Source: Candidatus Cloacimonadales bacterium (GTDB taxonomy: Bacteria > Cloacimonadota > Cloacimonadia > Cloacimonadales > JAFGVF01). From it: 32,000 bases of DNA. The stretch lies in NCBI GenBank assembly GCA_963667035.1, contig OY762964.1:2786097-2818096 (forward strand), given 5' to 3'. A program made the position numbers and the translations under genes. Shown here in pieces: positions 25,148 to 32,000 of this stretch; positions within the stretch are counted from its first letter, which is position 1; the number at the start of each line of letters is the position of its first letter. The notes under the pieces were generated by a model. That model did not search any database and was not told the origin of the DNA. It worked only from the letters and a program-made list of their open reading frames with translations.

Positions 25148-26047
25148 TTATAGATTCATTCCTTGATAAACATCATCTTTGTACAAACGTTCTAACAGCT
25201 TATTTAGCCACAACTTCTTATCTCCATTTATGTTTGTGGCAATTCCGTTTCTTTGTAGATTTGATGTAAAAAGTCTACTGACGGTTTTTTTTAGAGAAAG
25301 CTTCTTCAGAATTTCAATCAGCACGTCAATATACTCATCTATGTTTAACAATTTCACATTCAAATCTGCTAGTTTTGAGCCTTTAAAAGCTACAAGATTA
25401 TGAAACTTAACATCAGTTATAACTCTTTGACTATTGATATATTCGATTGTTAGAAGCATATCATCGTAAGTTTCGTTTGGAATCCCGATTATCAGATGTA
25501 CTCCGGCCGTCAAATTTTTGTCTGCAATTCTTTTTAGTGCATCTTCTACTTGAATAAAGCTATGATTTCTATTGAGAAATATAAGACTTTTATCGTTTAT
25601 AGTTTGTAGCCCAAGCTCTAAATGTACATTAAATTTCTTGCAAAGCTCCAAGAACTGATCTGAGCAATAGTCAGGTCGTGTGGAAACAATTATTCCTTTT
25701 ACTTTTTTTTCGGAATAAACTGTCTCAAACGCTTGTTCTAGTATTTCTAAAGGAACAGCTCCAGTTGTTTCATCCTGAAAATATGCAAGATAACTCAATT
25801 CTTTTCCTACCCCTTTACTAACTTTCCTTATACCGATATCCAATTGCTCTTTTATCGGAATAAAGCTATGATTTTCCGTGAAAGTCGAAGGAAGGCAAAA
25901 GATACATCCGTTTCTTGCTCTGTTTGGGCATTGCAGACCAAGAGATAAACCTACTTTAAAGGTTTTACCGTCGTATTTTCTCTTGGCGTACTCACTCCAA
26001 AGATTTATTCTATATTCGAGTCTTTTCCCCTGTCCTTTAACAAGCAC
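25148..26047 (-). CDS. TIGR01212/YhcC-like radical SAM protein
   Basis: Cys motif CPNRARNGCIFC, LAYFQDETTGAVPLEILEQAFE, VSTRPDYCSDQFLELC, HLELGLQTINDKSLIFLNRNH and LIIGIPNETYDDML. Start moved from 26167 to a GTG at 26047 preceded by GGAGG. Confidence 0.85.
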   Translation of the reverse strand: MLVKGQGKRLEYRINLWSEYAKRKYDGKTFKVGLSLGLQCPNRARNGCIFCLPSTFTENHSFIPIKEQLDIGIRKVSKGVGKELSYLAYFQDETTGAVPLEILEQAFETVYSEKKVKGIIVSTRPDYCSDQFLELCKKFNVHLELGLQTINDKSLIFLNRNHSFIQVEDALKRIADKNLTAGVHLIIGIPNETYDDMLLTIEYINSQRVITDVKFHNLVAFKGSKLADLNVKLLNIDEYIDVLIEILKKLSLKKTVSRLFTSNLQRNGIATNINGDKKLWLNKLLERLYKDDVYQGMNL

Positions 26048-27692
26048 CTGCAGATCCTCCACCTGCAGATCCTCCACCTGCAGAACCTGAGCTTGAACCT
26101 GATGCACTACCTCTGGAACCAGATAGATGGGATATAAAAATTGCATAGAAAGCTGAGAACTCAGCAAAGTCCTTGAAGTTAAGTTCAGAAAGTATATTCG
26201 GAAGCTCTATTTTCTCTTTTTTACAATATCTTATGAGTTTGTCATTCAGTCCCAAGACTGAAAAATAAGGGAACACATCTTTTACATAATCTTCATCCAC
26301 TACGAGACTCTTATCTCTTATGGAAGATGAGATAAAGTGTTTATAAGCTCTCCATGTTGCTTTCACGTTCTTGCCTTCCGGAGATAAAGTGTTGATGAGA
26401 GAGGCAAACATAAGAGAAAGAAAAGCAGTATCAAATATTAATATAGGTGGTATAAAGCTCCATCCGGTTCCTTTTTCCCACAATATCAACATTGGTATAA
26501 AGAGGATTATGGAAAAAATCAATGTTATGGAAGAAAGAATAAGCTTTCTATTTAATGTTTTTGTCAGCTCTTCATATCCAAGTCCTTCATTAAAAAACTC
26601 TTCGTGAAGCAGTTTTCCAAGAGTCGCCTTGCTATCCTGAGTCATTAGTTTCACAGTGGAAAGTAGAGGTTTCTGTTTCTCTTCTTTCAGTTTCCTGAGC
26701 TTATCAACAAACTCCATATCAATAGTGTTATCAAGTTTGATTGATTCAACAATATGCCAATCGTAGTCTTTCTTAAATGCTGATTTTATCTGACCATCCA
26801 CAACAACAACCTTCTTCCAAATCAAGTTTAGGAGTTCTCCTCCATAATTATATTCTCTGGATGTCGGGTAATAGATAGTTTTCCATATTAAAAGGGGGTG
26901 AATACTCTCAGGTAAGTCTTGTGATTCATAAGGTAGTTTCTTGTCTCTGTATACAACTAATGCAAGAACAGTAAAGACTGATCCGAGAATTAATATCACT
27001 GAACCGAAACCCAAGATTGCATAAAGAGTAGTAAACTCAGACTGGATTAGTTTTATTTTGCCATGCTCCGATTGAGGTAAATGAATAACTTCTTGTGGTA
27101 AATCCAGATTGACTGTGAAGTTCTTTTCTTTTAAATTATTAAATGAGTATATGTAGTTTTTACCATCTTCCGATAGTACAGGATTAAACCTTTTGTTACC
27201 CTTGGTACTAATTCTAGTGTGATCAGATTGGTTGATAATCTTTACTGTCCCTTTTTTAATAATGAAATCATATTCGTCCGGTAACGGTGTCCAACTGAGA
27301 ATAACGGTATCATCTTTAATTATATAAGGTTTGTTAATTAGATAACGCCATACAACAGTTGTTTTTCTATCGTAATAATCGGATAGAAAAACAGCCATCT
27401 CTAAGTCTTTTTTATCTTTAACTTCACATAATTGCGGATTATTAGGATTTAAAAACTCTCCATCATGAATAATCTCAATAAACCTTATCCCATCACTATG
27501 CTTATCTGGAACCTCTCTGTATAGTTTTCGAAAAGGACCACCCTCTAAATTATATGTCCATTCCTCTTCAATAAGTAAATCGCCGCTTGGCTTTAACTCC
27601 GCTTGTATTTTTAAGTTCTCAATATCGTAAGATTTAGCGTAAACTGAAGCTAATGTCATCAACGTAAGTAGTAATGGTAGTATTTTTTTCAT
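26037..27692 (-). CDS. DUF2207-like membrane protein with low-complexity Gly/Ser/Ala C-terminal tail
   Basis: Start trimmed from 27713 to ATG 27692 (MKKILPLLLTLMTLASVYA), preceded by AGGAGG. SYDIENLKIQAELKPSGDLLIEEEWTYNLEGGPFRKLYREVP, TMs near the middle, tail GSRGSASGSSSGSAGGGSAGGGSAGAC. Confidence 0.8.
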   Translation of the reverse strand: MKKILPLLLTLMTLASVYAKSYDIENLKIQAELKPSGDLLIEEEWTYNLEGGPFRKLYREVPDKHSDGIRFIEIIHDGEFLNPNNPQLCEVKDKKDLEMAVFLSDYYDRKTTVVWRYLINKPYIIKDDTVILSWTPLPDEYDFIIKKGTVKIINQSDHTRISTKGNKRFNPVLSEDGKNYIYSFNNLKEKNFTVNLDLPQEVIHLPQSEHGKIKLIQSEFTTLYAILGFGSVILILGSVFTVLALVVYRDKKLPYESQDLPESIHPLLIWKTIYYPTSREYNYGGELLNLIWKKVVVVDGQIKSAFKKDYDWHIVESIKLDNTIDMEFVDKLRKLKEEKQKPLLSTVKLMTQDSKATLGKLLHEEFFNEGLGYEELTKTLNRKLILSSITLIFSIILFIPMLILWEKGTGWSFIPPILIFDTAFLSLMFASLINTLSPEGKNVKATWRAYKHFISSSIRDKSLVVDEDYVKDVFPYFSVLGLNDKLIRYCKKEKIELPNILSELNFKDFAEFSAFYAIFISHLSGSRGSASGSSSGSAGGGSAGGGSAGAC

Positions 27693-27938
27693 AAACACCT
27701 CCTTTATTTTCATTACTTCATTACTTCATCACAATAGTAATGTCAAGTTCAAACAGAATTTTAATGTGTTAAGATTATGGTATATCATATAAGTACATTG
27801 AAACCTAATATAATTAGCTAATCTATAGCAGATTTTGTTATGTAAAATTGCTTATTATTTGTCTCTATGCTCTGTCACAATTGATAAATGTAACATAAGA
27901 ATTGATTCAGAATTACATGTCCATTTCTTGATAATTTG

Positions 27939-27971
27939 CTCAAGTGTTACTCAAGTGTTACTCAAGGAATT
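27939..27971. repeat. 11-bp tandem repeat (CTCAAGTGTTA x2 plus degenerate third unit)
   Basis: Read directly: ctcaagtgtta ctcaagtgtta ctcaaggaatt. Confidence 0.8.
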
Positions 27972-28262
27972 CTCAGGTTATGAACAGGAATTGTAATAGA
28001 GTAAACAAAGTGTAATGTTTCTGCCATAATTTAGATAGTATTAAGACAGCAACCGGATTGTTAAAAGGGTATCTAAGGTTAATGTAACAGTTGATCTATA
28101 AATCAATGTTAGCATTTTACCTGCATAAAATCTAAAATAAGGAAAGAATTGGTAAGCTGTTTATTCAATAACTGAGAATTGAATAAGATTGCATTTTAAT
28201 CAAGTAAAATGCTTTGAGTTATCTGAATAAGTCAATAGGCTAGAGGTAAAGATTATTTTTAT

Positions 28263-28291
28263 TTGACATAAGATTTTAGAATTCTTTAAAT
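28263..28291 (+). promoter_or_regulatory. Weak candidate promoter for the 28454 gene
   Basis: TTGACA (28263-28268), 17-bp spacer, TTAAAT. The -10 match is only 4/6. Confidence 0.25.
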
Positions 28292-28453
28292 TGCATCAGT
28301 GCTAACCTGCTAAAAGAGGTAGGATGCTTTATTGCAGGTTATCATGGGAAGCAGTATGATATTGATAATTTTAAAAAGTAAAGGGGACTAAAGCTTTTTA
28401 AGCTTTAATTATCATTGAATAACATTTACTAATTCCATACAAGGAGTTTCCGA

Positions 28454-31400
28454 ATGAAACAATTAACAATTATTGTGTTAATGTTTCTGGCTCTGAGCAG
28501 TTTGATAGCTGTAACAGAAACAGAACCAAACAACACATGGAACGCTACAGGCGTTCTCACAATTATTGATGGCGATCATGACGGTAGCATTAGCAGCAAT
28601 GATCACGATTATTGGAAGTTCTGGTCAGTTGCAGGGGATAACTTAGATATCAACTGCCTAAACACTTCTACTTCTTTCGACACTTATTTATATCTTTACG
28701 ATTCTACCGGAACTAATCAGTTAGCATCAAACGATGATGCCGGTGGAACAGCTCAATCTCAAATCATTTTCACAACTGTAACAACCGGATGGCATTACAT
28801 CGATATGAGAGGTTATTCTGCAACATCAATAGGTTCATACTTGATGACATTAAGCGGATCAACCCCTAATGACCCTAACATGCCAGGCTTACCTCATACT
28901 CCAACACCGGCACATAATGAGCTGAATGTTGTGATTACCAATAATGTTCTATCTTGGCAATGGGGTGCTAACACAGAAACCTATGATTTGTATTTCGGAG
29001 CTAACGCTCTGCCGGCAACTCCGACTGTGGCTGATGCTGTTGCGGATACTGTTAACGGAAATACGTTCAACGCAGGTCAGCTGGAATATGCCACAACTTA
29101 TTACTGGCAGATTGTTGCTAAAAATGCAAACAGTATTTATACAAACACAGCAACATGGTCCTTCCAAACCGAGCTTGGAGCAAGCACTATTCAAATCGGT
29201 GACGGAACAGTAGTAGATCAGCATACTCCTATCGAACCTTATAGTGAATATACTTACTCCCAGGTAATATATCTTCAGTCTGAAATCAATATGCCAACTC
29301 AAAGAATTGAAAAAGTGTATTATCATTATACTGGCAATGGAACACTTACAAGTAGTTTAGATTGGACTATTTATATGGGACACACAAATCAGACTTCTTT
29401 TATGGGAACTGATAGTTGGATTCCATCAAGTTCGTTAACTACAGTATTCGATGGTACCCTCACAACTCCAATGGGTGAAGGGTGGATTGAGATTAACCTC
29501 CAAACTCCATTTGTATATAACAACTCAGACAATCTCGTTATAGCCATAATGGAAGACACTCCAGGCAGAGCTACAACAAATGAAGACTTCTATTGCGAAA
29601 CCACTTTAGCTACAAGAAGTTTAACTTATTATGATAATACAAATGCTCCTGACCCAATGAATTTACCAACAGGTGAATTAATGAGTAGTATCCCGGAAAC
29701 CAGACTTTTCTTTGGTAATTTACCTACTACTCCTGAATTATCTTATTTCCCTGCTTCATGGGATTTCGGTACAATATTCTGTGACCAAGCTTCTAATCCT
29801 ACATTATGTACTGCACAAAATACAGGAACCGGTATTTTAAATGTTCAATCTATAAGCATTAACGATGCAACAAACTTTACTTTAGTAGATAATAATACGT
29901 ATCCTATGTCATTAGACTCTGCAGAAAGCATGAATTTTGAAGTAATATTCAATCCGGAAGATGAAGGACAGTTGTCTGCAACCGTATCTATTACTGATGA
30001 TTTACGTCAGGTTCATACAATGACATTTACAGGTGAAGGATACTATGCAACTATAGATGCCTTCCCATTCTCTGAAACATTTGAAAGTGCAACTGTGCCT
30101 ACCGACTGGACTATTGACCCTGTAGTTGCAAGTGATAGCTGGGAAGTAGCAAGTAGTAACATAGGTGACCATGGAGCCAGTACTGATGCTTCAGGTACAG
30201 GTGGCTATTGGATGGTTGTAGATGACTCTACACCTGAAACAGTACCATCACACTTATACACTCCTCCTTTTGATTTTACTAACTTATCAAACCCACTGTT
30301 AACATTCAATTATTGGATTGGTGATGATACCAATACATCAACACTTAATATTGATATTATATCTGGTGGAGTAGTCACCTCTGATGTTGCTATAGTACAA
30401 GAACCTAACGGCTCAACAGCATGGACTTATACAGAAGTTTCTCTAGCTACTTTTGCCGGTCAGAATATCATGATTGATTTCAGAGCTATGGAGTCAGAAA
30501 GTTTCTATGGAGATATTTGTATTGATGATGTTAGTATTTATGATAATTCACTTCCTCCTGCAGCAACTACTTTAATAGCTCCTACAGATACAGAAACGGG
30601 TGTTCCAATGACAGGAACATTAGATTGGAACTTTGCTCAAGGAGCTTCGGGATACTATGTTAATCTTGGAACCGATAATCCTCCATCAAATGTTTATAAC
30701 ATGAGTGATGCCGGTAATAACACTGACGTCAACTATTCAGCATTAACTGCAGGTACAACTTATTATTGGCAGGTAATACCTTACAATATTAACGGTCAAA
30801 CACCTAACTGTCCCGTATGGTCATTTACAACCTTTAATGATATTCCAAATGCAGCAACTACACTATCTCCGCTAGATGGAGCTACATATCAAAGCAGTTA
30901 TCCTACATTTGTATGGGAGAGTGGTGGTAATTTCCCTGACGGTTATAAACTTAATTTGGGAACAGACAACCCTCCAACAAATGTATATCTTAATCATGAT
31001 TTAGGATTTGTTACGACTTATGTAAGTGAAACCGAACTAGCTCCCGAGACAACTTACTTTTGGCAAATAGTTCCCTATAACTTCGTAGGTGATGCTCTAA
31101 ACTGCCCTATATGGAGCTTTATGACTGCTCCTGAAGGATTAGTTGTTGTTGGTAACGGGACAGAGATTAATCAACACCTTCCAATTGAACCATATTATGG
31201 GTATTCATACTCTCAGACAATCTATCAACAGAATGAGCTCAATGTACCAAATCAAAGAATAGAAAGTATACTTTATTACTACAATGGTGCAAACACTCTG
31301 GCTAACTGCTATGATTGGATTATTTACATGACCCATACAACAGAAACTGAGTTCAGTAATAGTACATCTTGGATTCCTATTAATCAGTTTACTGAAGTTT

Positions 31401-32000
31401 TTAATGCTACTATCCAACCTCCAAATGGAGAAGGATGGATTGAGTTCATTTTAGAAACACCATTTATTTATAACAATACTGACAATCTTGTTATAGCAGT
31501 GGAAGAAAACATGCCTAATTTCGGTACAACTAATGAGGAATTCTACTGTTCAGCTACTTCTAATTCTAGAAGTATCTATTATTATAGTGACAGTACCAAT
31601 CCTGACCCAACAGCTCCTCCGGCAGGCAATCTTCTATCTATGATTCCTAATACTATGTTCTATTTTGACGATTTACCAGTAGGACCGGAACTATTTTACC
31701 GTCCAATGCATCATAACTATGGAACTGTTTATACGAACACTCAATCAGATCCTGTTACATTTACATTACAGAATACAGGTATAGGAACTTTAGTTATCAA
31801 TTCATTAGGTCTTGCAAACACTACTGATTTTGATTTAACTGATAACAATACTTATCCTGTTAGCTTAAACACATCTGAAACAATCACTATCGATGTAGTT
31901 TTTAATCCTACAGTTCAAGGGTTGATATCAAGTTCAATTGATGTAACAATGCCTGATAGTGTAGCTCATATTCCAATTTCAGGAACTGGTTTCGATCAAA
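28454..32000 (+). CDS. Large secreted multidomain protein (PPC-like N-terminal domain, fibronectin/Ig-like segments, duplicated modules), C-terminus beyond window
   Basis: Manual translation from ATG 28454 with AAGGAG RBS: MKQLTIIVLMFLALSSLIAVTETEPNNTWNATGVL...DHDYWKFWSVAGDNLDINC..., open to the window end. Absent from the ORF track because no stop is present. Confidence 0.85.
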   Translation, partial: MKQLTIIVLMFLALSSLIAVTETEPNNTWNATGVLTIIDGDHDGSISSNDHDYWKFWSVAGDNLDINCLNTSTSFDTYLYLYDSTGTNQLASNDDAGGTAQSQIIFTTVTTGWHYIDMRGYSATSIGSYLMTLSGSTPNDPNMPGLPHTPTPAHNELNVVITNNVLSWQWGANTETYDLYFGANALPATPTVADAVADTVNGNTFNAGQLEYATTYYWQIVAKNANSIYTNTATWSFQTELGASTIQIGDGTVVDQHTPIEPYSEYTYSQVIYLQSEINMPTQRIEKVYYHYTGNGTLTSSLDWTIYMGHTNQTSFMGTDSWIPSSSLTTVFDGTLTTPMGEGWIEINLQTPFVYNNSDNLVIAIMEDTPGRATTNEDFYCETTLATRSLTYYDNTNAPDPMNLPTGELMSSIPETRLFFGNLPTTPELSYFPASWDFGTIFCDQASNPTLCTAQNTGTGILNVQSISINDATNFTLVDNNTYPMSLDSAESMNFEVIFNPEDEGQLSATVSITDDLRQVHTMTFTGEGYYATIDAFPFSETFESATVPTDWTIDPVVASDSWEVASSNIGDHGASTDASGTGGYWMVVDDSTPETVPSHLYTPPFDFTNLSNPLLTFNYWIGDDTNTSTLNIDIISGGVVTSDVAIVQEPNGSTAWTYTEVSLATFAGQNIMIDFRAMESESFYGDICIDDVSIYDNSLPPAATTLIAPTDTETGVPMTGTLDWNFAQGASGYYVNLGTDNPPSNVYNMSDAGNNTDVNYSALTAGTTYYWQVIPYNINGQTPNCPVWSFTTFNDIPNAATTLSPLDGATYQSSYPTFVWESGGNFPDGYKLNLGTDNPPTNVYLNHDLGFVTTYVSETELAPETTYFWQIVPYNFVGDALNCPIWSFMTAPEGLVVVGNGTEINQHLPIEPYYGYSYSQTIYQQNELNVPNQRIESILYYYNGANTLANCYDWIIYMTHTTETEFSNSTSWIPINQFTEVFNATIQPPNGEGWIEFILETPFIYNNTDNLVIAVEENMPNFGTTNEEFYCSATSNSRSIYYYSDSTNPDPTAPPAGNLLSMIPNTMFYFDDLPVGPELFYRPMHHNYGTVYTNTQSDPVTFTLQNTGIGTLVINSLGLANTTDFDLTDNNTYPVSLNTSETITIDVVFNPTVQGLISSSIDVTMPDSVAHIPISGTGFDQ
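29198..30045 (+). repeat. Protein-level repeat copy 1 within the 28454 gene
   Basis: GDGTVVDQHTPIEPYSEYTYSQVIYLQSEINMPTQRIEKVYYHYTG...TNEDFYC...DFGTIFCDQASNPTLCTAQNTGTGILNV... matches copy 2. Confidence 0.8.
31151..32000 (+). repeat. Protein-level repeat copy 2 within the 28454 gene (spacing 1953 bp)
   Basis: GNGTEINQHLPIEPYYGYSYSQTIYQQNELNVPNQRIESILYYYNG...TNEEFYC...NYGTVYTNTQSDPVTFTLQNTGIGTLVI... Confidence 0.8.

Noticed and set aside
28944-29326. 89-aa + ORF (28944..29213) and 125-aa - ORF (28949..29326)
   Set aside because: Both are alternate-frame readings of the large secreted protein, whose frame is open from ATG 28454 to the window end.
1-32000. CRISPR arrays, tRNA/rRNA genes, transposases, phage or toxin-antitoxin modules
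   Set aside because: None recognised on reading. The only regular short repeats are the two 11-bp tandem arrays, too short and without spacers.

Overview
AT-rich 32-kb bacterial chromosomal window. The low GC, PorV-like protein, FG-GAP/Ig-like surface protein with a gliding/T9SS-like C-terminus and PPC-domain secreted protein suggest a Cloacimonadota/FCB-type organism (inference only). Contents in order: CHASE2-adenylate/guanylate cyclase (truncated at left edge, -); internally duplicated CPBP-type membrane protease (-); small lipoprotein (+); PorV-like beta-barrel/TPR protein and a 1553-aa modular surface protein (- operon); a tightly packed seven-gene + operon (12500-20491); a MATE transporter (-); an AsmA-like protein (+); a - operon of a DUF2207-like membrane protein, a YhcC-like radical SAM protein and a fused two-domain ECF-type ABC ATPase; and a large secreted repeat protein running off the right edge (+). 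The main find is the + operon. It begins with a chimeric protein: Sec signal, FliF ring-building-like periplasmic domain, one TM, then FliG middle and C-terminal torque domains. MotA and MotB follow immediately, then an ExeA-type AAA ATPase, a Wzz/BY-kinase, an SLBB-LytR/CpsA/Psr-like protein and a Wza-family exporter. No other flagellar gene is visible. This looks like a minimal flagellar-type rotor/stator physically linked to exopolysaccharide export, a candidate previously undescribed surface motor. No tRNA, rRNA, CRISPR array or transposase was recognised.
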